Positions 26,613 to 39,454 of a stretch of 64,000 bases of DNA are shown piece by piece. Source of the stretch: Octopus bimaculoides (Eukaryota); NCBI RefSeq assembly GCF_001194135.2, contig NC_068990.1, positions 74,065,905 through 74,129,904 of the forward strand. The letters are read 5' to 3'. The position numbers and the translations under genes are program-made. The notes below the pieces were generated by a model, which saw nothing but the letters and a program-made list of their open reading frames with translations, was not told the origin of the DNA and made no database searches. Within the stretch, counting starts at the first letter, position 1. Each line of letters opens with the position of its first letter.

Positions 26613-27250
26613 TATATATATATATATATNNNNNNNNNNNNNNNNNNNNNNNNNNNNNNNNNNNNNNNNNNNNNNNNNNNNNNNNNNNNNNNNNNNNNNN
26701 NNNNNNNNNNNNNNNNNNNNNNNNNNNNNNNNNNNNNNNNNNNNNNNNNNNNNNNNNNNNNNNNNNNNNNNNNNNNNNNNNNNNNNNNNNNNNNNNNNNN
26801 NNNNNNNNNNNNNNNNNNNNNNNNNNNNNNNNNNNNNNNNNNNNNNNNNNNNNNNNNNNNNNNNNNNNNNNNNNNNNNNNNNNNNNNNNNNNNNNNNNNN
26901 NNNNNNNNNNNNNNNNNNNNNNNNNNNNNNNNNNNNNNNNNNNNNNNNNNNNNNNNNNNNNNNNNNNNNNNNNNNNNNNNNNNNNNNNNNNNNNNNNNNN
27001 NNNNNNNNNNNNNNNNNNNNNNNNNNNNNNNNNNNNNNNNNNNNNNNNNNNNNNNNNNNNNNNNNNNNNNNNNNNNNNNNNNNNNNNNNNNNNNNNNNNN
27101 NNNNNNNNNNNNNNNNNNNNNNNNNNNNNNNNNNNNNNNNNNNNNNNNNNNNNNNNNNNNNNNNNNNNNNNNNNNNNNNNNNNNNNNNNNNNNNNNNNNN
27201 NNNNNNNNNNNNNNNNNNNNNNNNNNNNNNNNNNNNNNNNNNNNNNNNNN

Positions 27251-27283
<33 letters not shown>

Positions 27284-27324
27284 ATATATATATATATATA
27301 TGTATGTATATATATATATGTATG

Positions 27325-27361
<37 letters not shown>

Positions 27362-27964
27362 ATATATATAGATAGATAGATAGATAGATAGATAGATGTG
27401 TGGGTGTGTATTGATAAAATACATTCTCTTTGGCAATGAATTTGCTTAAATTATCTTTTTAAATTAGATTATCGGTTTTGTGTTGACGTTAATTATTTTC
27501 CCTTTTTTTTTAATGAAATGATCAATATTTTCCAGTTTAATTCAGTGACCATATTAAAAAGGTTCACATTTTATATGTATTTATATATTTGCAATGTACA
27601 CATTTCATGCTATGTAATGTCCATACAATTGGTCGTTCAATCTGTTTGGAATAACCAACAAATCTCATTGAAAATTCTTACCTACTAAAATACTAACCAA
27701 CCAGTGAAAGAGCGTAACATGGTTGCTTTATCCGAGTGAAATAGCAACCAAATCGTCTTGAAATAATACTCTATGACATCAATAAACGAAGTATGTATTG
27801 GTTAGTGTAGAGCTAGATATTTTATATCGTAAATAAGTATACAATGCCCATAGCTTGATCAACTCTGTACGCTGTATCAAAACATCAAGCCAAATATAGA
27901 AGTTAAAGTGAAGTTAAAGTTGACAAAATATAAAGTGATTCATTAACAAAGAAGAGTGTTAATG

Positions 27965-28260
27965 TGGGAGCATTAGAGCAAAAGCTCAATGTGAAAATAT
28001 TCTAGTGCCGTATACTGCCCCAAAGAATGTAGAGAATATAAAGGAAGGTGGTTTGCCCGTCTCAGTTGCAAATCAGGTTTCAAACGAAGGTGCAAAGTAT
28101 TTCTTAATAATTCTGAAGTGGGGAGATTGCATTACTTGCATTTTACAACGATAACATTGAATCAACAGAGAAAATGGATGATCAACTTCCAATGGAACTA
28201 AAAAGCGCCCACAGATGGATCTGAATAAATTGTGTACGAATTCTGCTGACAATGCAAATA
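27965..28260 (+). mobile_element. hAT-like transposase remnant
   Basis: CGSIRAKAQCENILVPYTAPKNVENI..SVANQVSNEGAKYF / MDLNKLCTNSADNANT resembles the CGRTKA..VLAP..S.ATD.SN..SADNA motifs. Confidence 0.45.
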
Positions 28261-28618
28261 CTGGGGAAACTTGGGAGAGTTCAGCCACAAGGAGAGTTGA
28301 GCCACAACAATTTTCCCTAAATCTGTAAATTATAAAAAGTAATTACTGCCACCTATTAGAAGCACTTCTAGAAATGTTCCTGCTGATCTAATACATTTAA
28401 CAAATGTATATACAATTATTTTTTGAAAAAAATCCATTTTTACACCAAAATTTAAAAGTTGGGCTTGATGTTAAGCATGTTCATATTTCTGTAGTAGTAT
28501 GTAGCATTCTGATCGAATGCATTTTGTCATATACCTATATCGTTTATCTATCACTATAATCGTTAAAAAAAACTGTATGACTAACATTACAGTTATAATG
28601 ATGCATTAAGTTAAGATG

Positions 28619-29882
28619 AAGGAAATCGGGAGAGTTAGGACAGCTGCGTATAGGAGAGCTGAGAAGTGTCCCAACTCACCCTTTGTTGATGCATGGTGAA
28701 AAAACAATTTTAACCCGTTAATTTTATTACTTCCTGTGATAAATAGCAAAAATTCGGGTAGCTGTTAATGAGTTGTGTTTGCTTTCGAGTTAAAGTGCCT
28801 TGAAGCTAAACTGCATAGGGTTTCAATTCAACATAAAAGATTAAATTTTGATCTACCTGCCTTTATACCTTTATACTGGCTAAAATTTGCACATGTATTG
28901 ACTTTTTCAGATGTCTCGGAAATATGTCTGAATGACCAATCGTGGGGCTGCAGAGGACGATTTAAGTAGGGCCAGAGATCGCGTCAGGGAAGGATGCAGT
29001 ATCCGTGCTGCTGCTAAGGATTTCAAAATAGCAAGAATGACACTAAAAAAATATGTAGACAAATGTAATCAACAAAATGACGGGCAAAACAAAGTGTTTG
29101 AATACAAAAATTGCAGGATAAAAAATATGAGATTTTCATGCGAGATGGAAGCTAAGTTATCGGCTCACATAAAGACATTAACCGAGTAGTTCCAAGGACT
29201 CACACGAAATAAATGCTGTGAGTTGATAGTGGAATATGTATTAAAAAACAATGTTACGGTCCCTGATTCTTGGCAACAAAACGAAATGACTGGCGAGCAA
29301 TTTTGGATGTCCTTTAACGAAAGAAACCATCTAGCAATTCAAACACCAGAGGCTACATCTCTTGCTAGAGCAAGTGCGTTCAATCGCTATAACGTTTGCA
29401 AATTTTACAACTTAAAGCGTATTATGGACCCACATCAGTTTGAAATCCACGACATTTATAACGCAGACGAAACCGAGTGTATATAAGCTAGTTTTGATGT
29501 TCGACATTTCCAATCTTGTTTAGTTTTTTCAAGGCGTAGGCCTCCTTCTATTTTGCGTTTCGTGATGTGATGTTGCCCAAAATAAAGCACAATCATTTAT
29601 ATGTAGTTATGTAAGTGTTTCATCTTAGTCTAAAATCAATTAAAATATCACTTACCCCAAGTCTTTCCAATACATGTTCCAATTCTCACCACCCCCTGTC
29701 ATGGTTGGGTCAAATCACTACCCTGTAAAAAGGGTGCATTCATTTGAAAATACATCCCCGGCATATATATATGTTATAAGTCTATGAATGTTACAAATTG
29801 GTAAAGAATCCTTTCTTATGCACAGAGAGTCCGTATCATATTGAAATGTAAAAAATGACCCAACTCTCCTAAGTTTTCCCTA
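28619..29882 (+). mobile_element. pogo-like DNA transposon, internally deleted
   Basis: Imperfect TIRs: aggaaatcgggagagttaggaca and tgacccaactctcctaagttttccc-TA. ORFs 28932-29189 and 29223-29486 share one frame split by a single TAG. They encode a Psq-like HTH (GCSIRAAAKDFKIARMTL), a CENP-B-like HTH, PEATSLARASAFN and the first catalytic motif IYNADET. Confidence 0.85.
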
Positions 29883-29984
29883 AACTACAGAAAATACAAC
29901 AGCCTTATAAAAAATTGACCGATCGTTCGCTTCCAGGTCAAACATTAAATTATACAGGTCTGTATTTTCCCTTTGGTTTAGTGT

Positions 29985-30900
29985 AATGTTGAGCGCCCCT
30001 CGGAGGAAGTCACAATTTCGTGCATCATACACATCTGCTTAAGCATCCTGTTTTCCTGGCTGTCGTCGACAAGTTCCTCCCATTCTTTGGTTTCCATTTC
30101 ATCACCATTGCCGCTAGATGATGGGATGGTATCACTGAGAGAGAGGGATATGCTTCTTGATCCTCAACTTCATGGCTGGTTTCCTGTTCATCGAGTCTTG
30201 GACTGAAGATGAACCCTTTTATTTCACCGTTTTCGTAGCTGTGACCTGTGGTGCTTTGAGAACAGCAGCTTTTGTAGACAATTGTTGTTGTTGTTGTTAC
30301 TGACTCAGTGACTCTGGTTTGCCTTTCGATCACATCCAGGCAGAAAGCTCATAGATGTTCCCTTCTGTTATGTGTGTAATAGCTAAAGTTGCCGCCCTAT
30401 ACTGTGGTCTTTGTTTCTGTACCCAGTTCTGGAAATAGTTAGGTCGCATGTGTGACTCATTAAGATATGTATACCCAAAATTACCATGCCTGACCACACA
30501 GCACTTTTAGTTAACTCGGTACTCACCTCTTGATTATATTATTCCATAAAATAGCAATGAACTAAAAGTCATTATCATTGCTTTTGACCATATCTGTCCC
30601 CTTTGTATTCTGCCGAACTATTTATTGTAACACGAACTTTTGGACGGGCATATGTCACACCAACTCACCCTGTCATCTTACTTTGTTTTCAGCCAACAAG
30701 ACCAGGTAAACACTCCCATAAAACTAATCCTGGTCGATAGTTATCACATCGTTCCACATATCAGCCAAGGTTTCCTTCAAGTGATATTTTGAGAGCAACC
30801 GAAACCCACATACCTCGCTCACGAAACAGAGTCTTGTTGCCTTTCTCATGGCTCATTCTACAGAAATCAGTCAGACATGAAAGCATTTAATTTTGCGACA
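29985..30900 (-). mobile_element. decayed LINE ORF1-like remnant
   Basis: Interrupted frame RLLSKYHLKETLADMWNDVITIDQD*FYGSVYLVL, then a knuckle-like ESHMRPN and a low-complexity Q/K/S/E tail. Family assignment is inference only. Confidence 0.3.
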
Positions 30901-31200
30901 AACTGCCTTTTTTCTCCAGTTGCAGTGCCGAGGATTAGTAATGGAGTTGTTATTGTTTTAATACTTTGCTTACACTTGAAGAAAGCCTTGGGTGATGTGT
31001 GGAATGATGTGATAACTATAGACCAGGACTAGTTTTATGGAAGTACCTATCTGGTCTTGTAGACCAAAAACGACGTGAGGTGATATGGCGAGCTGGTGCG
31101 TCATATAGCTGTCCAAATATTCGTGTTGCAGTGTAAATACTTCAACAAAATACAAGAGACACAAATATGGCAAAAGCAGCGATTGTCATTTTTGTTTGAT
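30560..31200. repeat. diverged inverted repeat (~220 bp arms, ~190 bp spacer)
   Basis: 30720-30783 aligns closely with the reverse complement of 30974-31037. The alignment extends to ~30560 and ~31198 at roughly 70-75 percent identity by eye. Confidence 0.8.
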
Positions 31201-31911
31201 TAATATAAATTAAAATTCTCGTCTGTTAAAACTGAGTTATTTTTCTCATTTAACAAAATATGTCACTTATTTTTTAAACCAAGTTTGTTTCTTTTTTGTT
31301 TTCAAACTCTGTAGCTAAACTCAAAGCTATTTTATTTAGGGATGTTTCCCGTTGCTCTAGCATGAGAAGCCATATTGAAACTGAATGTAAGCGCATAAAA
31401 ATAAAATTTTGATATGTCTAAAAATACTTATTTATCTTATTCGTTCTAGGTATTGGGGGCAAACTCCATGCATTCGTAAGATTTCCTTTTGAAAATAGTC
31501 CGTTCAATAATCCTTTTGGAAACAGTTCGTTCAATAATCCTTCAAAAATCCAATTCTAAGTTTTCAACCAGAAAATACGGAATTCAGCGTTGAGAGATTA
31601 TAATTCCTTTTCATCGGTAGAACGTTTGAAATTTCGTGGACGGGATTAGTCGATCATATCAACCCCAGCACTTGCTGTTTTTTTATTTTACCGAACCCAG
31701 AAGGGTGGAAAGCAAAACTGATCTCGGCCCAATATGAACACAGAAAAAATAGCACAAGGCATTTTGTCTGATGCAGTAATGACTTGACTAATTCTACTGC
31801 CACAAATAATTATTATTTTAGTACAGGCACAAGATATGAAATTTCGAAGTGTGCTAGCCGATTACATCGAACTGGAACTTGACACCATAATAATAATAAT
31901 AATAATAATAA

Positions 31912-32045
31912 CCCTTTCTACTATAGGTTCAAGGCCTGAAACTTCGTAGGAGGGGTCTAGTCGATTACATTGACCCCAGTGTTTCACTGGCACTTAATTT
32001 ATCGACCCCGAAAGGATGAAAGGCAAAGTCGACATCGGCGGAATA
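31912..32045 (-). mobile_element. SINE family A
   Basis: ttaatttatcgaccccgaaaggatgaaaggcaaagtcgacatcggcggaat is the reverse complement of the family core. A more diverged minus copy lies at ~31620-31790. Confidence 0.8.
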
Positions 32046-32068
32046 ATAATAATAATAACAACAACAAC

Positions 32069-32100
<32 letters not shown>

Positions 32101-32109
32101 AAATATGGA

Positions 32110-33325
32110 TAATAATGAAAGAAAGAGAAAAGACTGATAAATATGGAGACCTGAGAAATGAGATCGCTAAGATCTTGTAGCGTACGCCTTAAGGGATACT
32201 TCTCTCTCTCTGTCTCTTATATATATACATGGATACGGACGTAGTGAATAACAGCTAGCCTTCGGCCGCACTTTTGGACCCTGTTGTGTCCACCACTCTG
32301 ATTGGTTGGTATTGGCGCATTTTGTCTCCTGTTCTATTGCGTGCCAACATGCAACCCAACCAATCGCAACCTTCAGATAAGGTCGCGTGAGACAGTCTTT
32401 TCTGAATCCCAGTTTGCGCCGACAGTATGGTATAAATAGCTAGCCTCTCACCGTCACAGTTTGTTTGGCTTCAGACCTCCTGAGGTCTAGCCACTGGCCA
32501 CAGAGTACACAGCCAGTTCCAGCGACGACAACAACAGCTTCATGGAAACTCAACACTCGACCAACAGCTTACGGCAAACTCCATCTTCGTCACCACCATC
32601 ATCTTCTTAATTACACCAACTTCTCTACGTACACAGCAACCAACAGCATTCGCACAGGTTCTATCTCAACACTGTTTGTGAATTACTTCCCCATGATTAA
32701 CAGCATATACAACCTGTGACAAACTCCTGTACCAAGTAACCGGCAGCAGCATTGAAGCCACAACTTCTTACACAACATGTGCCTCTCCTCTCCGGCTCTG
32801 CTGCGCGGCCTTAACTTCTTGTTACAGCAACTCAGCCACCGTGTACCTTGAATACGAACTGGTATTTACCATCGTTGTGTCTGGACTTCCTTCTAACGTC
32901 CTTATAGACTCTTTTCAATGCTCTGTATTTCTCGCACACTCATACATCCATATTTGTATACACATACACTTTGTTTACATGACGGCCTGTCTATTATTAT
33001 GTTTATATGTTGCACTCACACACACAGACATACATGTTAACATATCAATAAAATCTTCTCTTAAATCTTCTACCGGTTGTGTCTCTCTTTTCCTTCTGGC
33101 ACTTATACTCATTTATTCTCTTTTCATATTTTTTATTTGCATCGACCGTGCGAAGTACTAAAGGAACCATTTCTCGTCACCTCTCCTGATCGCACGGTCC
33201 TTACAAAAATCTCATGAAGGTCGTCCCTATTGTCATCAGAACATTGGGTTCAATATCACCTAATCTGAAAAAACATCTGGAGAGCTACAAATACCTAGGG
33301 CTATTTGAAGGTGATATGATCAAGA
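32110..33325 (+). mobile_element. R4/Dong-type fragment interrupted by an LTR insertion
   Basis: KEREKTDKYGDLRNEIAKI stops at 32175. The motif resumes after 33205 as MKVVPIVIRTLGSISPNLKKHLE, followed by an RT-like YKYLGLFEGDMIK. Confidence 0.6.
32176..33205 (+). mobile_element. probable solo LTR (1030 bp)
   Basis: TGTA...TACA termini, TATAAA at 32431, AATAAA at 33047, no ORF. It splits a LINE coding motif exactly. Flanks are aagatct / aaaatct. Confidence 0.65.
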
Positions 33326-33332
33326 ATAATAA

Positions 33333-34486
33333 CTGCTTGATGCAGTATCAGGCAGTAGCTCTCATGGTTCTGATTTTAAATTATTAGAAGTGTTATCATG
33401 TACATTGTTTTGCCGTGGTGCACAAGATGGGCTACAGCAAATATTCTGCTCAATATCACAGATTTGCATGTCAATTGCCTGACCTTAGCTGTTTGAGGAA
33501 GTCCCTTAGTGGCTGATAATATGTGCATCTCTAATCACAAGCAGAAGTAGTAGGGAGCATCATAGCCATGTGCTGAAAGGACATCTTTGGGGTTTGAATA
33601 ATTCAACTCTAGAAACATGAATGTTTCATTCACAACCCTTAAACAACCCCTCTTCAGGGACCTTTTGAGCAGGATGGGCTACTCAACCTGAAGAAAATTC
33701 TAACTGGGCCCTCACCTGCGAGGTCATGCACTGTTTAACTTGATTTCAGGTCATCATGTCATGCACATATCGCTGTGATACATGTGTCTGCTGTATCCTT
33801 ATCAGACAAGTAGTCATGAAGGACATATTTAGTTTTGTATATTTATACCCCAGTATCACTTTGATGGCTTGCACTGCTTTCTCATTTAATAATAATAATA
33901 ATAATAATAATAATAGTAATAAATGCACCTGATGCAGAACCATACAATGGCTGTCATGGCTTCTGATCTTAACTGGCTGGAAGTGTTATAATGTACATTG
34001 TTTTGTCTTGGTATAAAAGAAGGGCTACAGCAAATATTCTGCTCAATACCACAGATTTGCTTGTCAGTTGTTTGACCATAACAAGTTGAGCATGTCCCTT
34101 AGTGGATGATGATATGTGCATGTCTGATCATGAGCAGACATATTGCGGAAACATCATAGCCATGTGTTGAGAGGAAGTCTTTGGGGTTTGGATAATTCAC
34201 CTCTGGAAACATGGATGTTTCGTTCAACGTCCTTTAAACAACCCTTATTCAGGGACCTTTTGAGAAGGATGGGCTAATCGACCCGAAGAAAATTCTGACT
34301 GGGCCCCCCCACCTGCAAGGTCAAGCAATGTTTACCTTGATATGAGATCACCATGTCATGCACATATGGTTGTGATGCATGTGCCTGGTGTACCCTTATC
34401 AGATGGGTAGTCATGATGAGCAGATTTGGTTTTGTATATTTGTACCCTAGTATCACTTTTATGGCTTTGCACTGGTCTCTCAGCCA
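33333..34486. mobile_element. two head-to-tail copies of the (TAA)n-flanked ~550 bp element
   Basis: 33333-33886 and 33921-34486, separated and followed by (TAA)n. Confidence 0.8.
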
Positions 34487-35779
34487 ATAATAATAATAAT
34501 AATAATAAACTAAGAATATGTAATCATCATAAGAATATGTAATGATCAACGGTAGTGCCTCAGCATGGCCATAACTCTGAGCTGAAACTACAAGAAGGAA
34601 CTGAATATAACAGTGAAGTATATATTGATATAATTCTATGTAATGTTTGTAGTTTGTTCGTTTTTTTCTCTCTTTCTATCTATGCTTAGTGACATACATC
34701 AACCATTTCACATGGGTGTACCATTAACTAGTCTTCATAGACCAACAGGGAAAATTTTTTTTAAATAACATACAGTTAAATAAAATATAACATCCACAAA
34801 TAACACTGACAAATATTGGAATATATTTACTAGTTAATATAATTCATTTTAACAATATGATGGTAATAAAATGCTTTATAGAAACGTAGGTGTTCTTGCA
34901 AATTATAAGCAACAATTATGATGTTTTATACAAATAAATTATTTTGCTTATTGATATTTGATTTTATAAAAAGGCATAAATAAATAGAATGAAGATAAAT
35001 GTACTTAGGCTTTATTTTATTTTATCATATTGCTATAAATAAGTAAATAAATAAATAGATAAATCTGTAGCAATGGTTTTGCTATTTTTTTTCTTTTTGT
35101 TTCTGGCAATTTTGTTTCGTATTCCTTTTTTTTTAATCATTATTGTTACTGTTCCCAGTTCATAAATCACAGTGCAACATCAGCAATGCAGGTCAATTGC
35201 ATGTAAATCAAATTCAATTTATTCATTCAGCTGCTATCATGCATAATAAAACATTATTATTATTCAGTTGTACAAGAGTTTTCACGAAAATAGATTGGAT
35301 CCCAAGGCAGTTCTTCACAAAGGGAACACTGAATACAACAGCATAACTGCAACAACGATTGGGGCTTTCATATGTTGCTGTTTTACCATTTCAAGAAAGC
35401 AGGTAAAGTATTGATTTTTTTAAAAACAGAATTCAAACTTGTCAAACAAAGATTTCCCCATACTGTTTAGTCACTAGCTTATCTAAATTCATTGGATGTA
35501 TGTGTGAGTATTTGCTACAAAGTTCATTGTACTGAGGGTACAATGAAAGTTTTCAACTTTATGCAGCTTACCTAAGGTAAGTCAGCCTACTTGTTTCTCA
35601 ACCTTACCCATGAGATTTAAACTCAAGATTACATATTAACAAATCAGCCATACACAACAGATACACAGCAAATATTTTCACATATATCACATATATCAGC
35701 TACACCAGTATCTCAGATGTTTATGATACCAAAATGCAAAATTGTTATTACTAAACTCCTTTGCAAATAAATAAATATA

Positions 35780-35960
35780 TATAAGAAAATAAGCAACAGG
35801 ATATCCAGGTAATGCAGTACGACTGTTTCAAGTGGCTTCATTTAATTCAACAATGCAATCATTACATCAATTTAAATGCAGGGCTATCCTCAGCTGCATA
35901 AATAAGTAAATAGAATTTTTTTAATCAGTCAGACACATTTGTATAATTTTACTTAAATCC
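35780..35960. repeat. dispersed repeat, also present inverted at ~63520-63720
   Basis: gtaatgcagtacgactgtttca..catttaattcaacaat..atcattacatcaatttaaatgcag..atcctcag.tgca is shared with the reverse complement of 63600-63710. Confidence 0.7.
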
Positions 35961-36119
35961 TCTAAGAGGGTAAGAAAACAAAGTCCATGCTGTTGTCACT
36001 TCAGCTTAGAAGTTTCTAAGGCATCTGGAAAAAATCTTTTTGGGTCATGGCTTGTCACTGATTTTGGTTCAGTTTTAATTTATTTGTCTTGTTTATCAAA
36101 TCTTTGTATATCAAATGTA

Positions 36120-36960
36120 AGACTAGAAGAATAGTGTCTGTTAGGAAAGTGGATGAGAGAGTTGATAGACTCATAGCGGATATAGTCATAAAACTTGTCA
36201 AGATTATTTTGAAGTTGTATAAAATAACTGGCTATAATGAGGTTGGGTAGTGGAAGATCTCAAATCAAGATGTTAATTACCAGTTAAAGGGGCAAGATGT
36301 TAATAAAACCAATGATGATAATACAGAGGAAATTTTATCATGGGGTACTATAGGTGATTGATTTAAACAATACCGTTATATTGTATACAGATAAAATTTA
36401 GGGTTATCAAGAAAAATATAACCAAAATGATAAATTTTGAACAATTTTGAATATATACCAAAATTTGCAACAATAGAGGGAGAAAAATTACATAGAATTA
36501 GTTTAATATTTATTCATATACTTAATTATTTACTTATTAGGTGGTATCTATAAAGACTGATCACTGACATTTACTAAAGGAATACTGGGGCAATAGAAAT
36601 GCTAACTATATATTAATTATAATCTAAGAGGTATATTATAAGTTGTGAAGTTACTAATGCTATTATATACAAGCTAATATAAATTTCTAAGGGTACAAAA
36701 TTAGGAGGTTTACTTACACAAAGGCTATTATAAAAATAATAATAATTTGATCATAGAAAGGAATAAATAGTTTAATCACTAAAAGCCATGATGAAGTATA
36801 TATATTTTATTATCATCAATAGAAAAGAGATTATATAGAATTTGTTTAATAATTCTATCATTATACTTAATTATTTACTTATTAGGTGGTATCTATAAAG
36901 ACTGATCATTGGTATCTACTAAAGGAATATTGGGGTGATAGAACATGCTAACTGGCAATG
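36120..36960 (-). mobile_element. heavily decayed Penelope-like RT remnant with an internal ~90 bp direct duplication
   Basis: Minus-strand SPSIVANFGI, NPKFYL..IVPHDKISSVLSS and HPLS resemble PLE RT motifs. Direct repeat at 36517-36607 and 36862-36952. Confidence 0.4.
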
Positions 36961-39415
36961 AAGGATACTAGGTTGGATAATGTTACTTGTCATGTTTTAT
37001 AGGATTTTGCTACATCTAGATAACCCAGCTTCAGAAACATTGAGTGATCTAATATGAGGTGAAATCAGTTTTAGAAGAAAAGATTTTCTGGAGTAACTTC
37101 TTTTTGCTGAGACAATTTTCATGGATTACCCCAGGAATCAATATTCTATGCAATTGTTATCTATTTGCTCTGTCTGGTTTATTCAGGAGATAAATCATTA
37201 AATGCTTCTGTGACGATGTTCATTGTGACATTATCTCTACATACAATCATCTAAACTTGAAGCACAGTGACCTGGTTGCTATCATGCAAAGAAGAGGACT
37301 ACATGCATAAACGTTCCAAAAAACATTTTTCAAAAGAACAAACGTCATTTGTAGCATAAAGCGTTCAGTGTTTAGACTTGTGTACACATAGATTATGTTA
37401 GTATTAATCATATCAGTTTGCAGGGAAACCAGAACTTATCCACCTTCATGAGAGAAAGAGCAGTAATGTAAAACTTAGGTATACTTAATATTTAGAATAT
37501 GGTGCCAAGGATTTCAGAGTCAAACAACAGCTTGAAATTTCATGGAAATGCACTGTGGTTTTGGTTACATAAAATTGCTTGCATGTTTGAATAAAAAAAC
37601 AAACAAATTATTCCAATATAAGCTGTAATCAAATTAAGAATAAATTGGATAGAGTTCAAACAGACAAAATGGAGTTAAAGACGATTTCTCTCCTACTTTG
37701 AAGCACCCCCCCCCCCATCCAGAAATTAAGTAATTACTGCTCTAGTTATTGGTCACTTCTCATATCATATCTCATGCCACTGACAGGGCATCAAATTCAT
37801 GCATGTTCGTGCAGTGTAAAAGAAATAACTGGAAACAACACTGCACTCATTATAAGGAAGAGGACCAGAACTATGAGTTGTGCTGAGGAAATCAGGCCTA
37901 GCCTTTAAATATCTGAAACCAGTCAAAGATGTTTGCAATGTGGGTGGTTCTTTTGATTCTTAGTGTCAACATGGATGTTTTTCAAACATACTGATATGAA
38001 CATATCAATAACTTTGACCCACATCCATTTCAGTGGTGAAGTAGAATAACAGAATCAAGACAGTAAGGAATGGGTCACTAAGAGATATATGGGATCTACA
38101 TGAGGTACTTAGCGCTTACTTATGAGGCTAAGTACCCCTAGTTTTATGGAGCAGTGAAAATATCAATGTTATATAGTGTTATATCAGAAATCTAAGTTGT
38201 TACGATTAAATTCTTCTTTATACTTAACTTACATGCACACACACACACGCATTCACATCAGTTGAATAAAGTTACAACAGTTTGGTTTCCATGTTTTTTA
38301 TAAACAGAAACGTGAAAACCAGACCATGTTGTAACTTCATTCAACTGATATATTACACTATACACATTTACACAAATTCAGAATATATATATATATATAT
38401 ATTTATGAAAAACACATGTAGATATGTTGGAGTTAGGAAATCTGCTACTACCTTTCCCTCAGACTTATACTTTTTTACAACCTTCTCATCCTATCATATA
38501 TTTGCCCAACGCCCCTGGTGGTTACATTAGAGATTTTTATTGAAATCCAATTAGCTTATTTTTGAACTGGGTCTTAGTGTAACATGACTGCAAAGTTTCG
38601 TGAATATTGGTTTGCTGGTTTGTGTACTAAGACAGTAACAAACAGACAGAGAGACAGAAATTGCCATTTACACACACACACACACACACAAACACACACA
38701 TATGCACACATACATTATACATACATATACATACACATACCTAATAAGTTTGAAGGTACTGCACACTCATTCCCTCTTTAGATTTTGTATGCTAGCATGG
38801 GCTGAGTCAAGCATATTATTGCGGTATTGTTTCACAGCAGGACTCTTCTCCTGTCATTAACCTTTACTTGTTTTCTTTTTTTCATAAGTTAGCGATCTCT
38901 CAGTCCATACATCTTTGAAGATACAAAGCCAGGTAATGATTTGTTTATGGAGGAATACAAACAATGCTACCACTTGTAAGTAAACACACACCCAAGCATG
39001 CATACGTGCACACAATGGCATCTCATTCAGTTTCTGTTAATCAAATTTACCAAATTTCACTTTCAAGTCATTCAACTCCAGGATCTGATAGAAAACACTT
39101 GATAAAAGTGGCATGCAATAGCTCTACAAGACTTGTCTTAATAATTTCATCTGTGGGAAGATATTGCTGTCGTTTGTGGTGAATGTATGAGTGCTTCTCT
39201 TTTATATAAGTAAATTTTCAAGAACATCAAGACTCTGAAAACAATGGAATATATTTTTCCATTAACTTATTTGCTCTTTCATGATTTTAACATATTGAAT
39301 AGATAGAGGGGATAGCTTTTGTTGCAGGAATTTTTTTGAAAGATAAGAGATATATTTCCCATAATTATACATTAGACATACACATACACACACACATACA
39401 TATGTATATGTATGT

Positions 39416-39454
<39 letters not shown>

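Noticed and set aside
36180-37000. AT-rich strand-skewed block suspected to be a mitochondrial insertion
   Set aside because: No mitochondrial protein, tRNA or rRNA motif was recognised; the minus-strand translation fits a decayed Penelope-like RT better.
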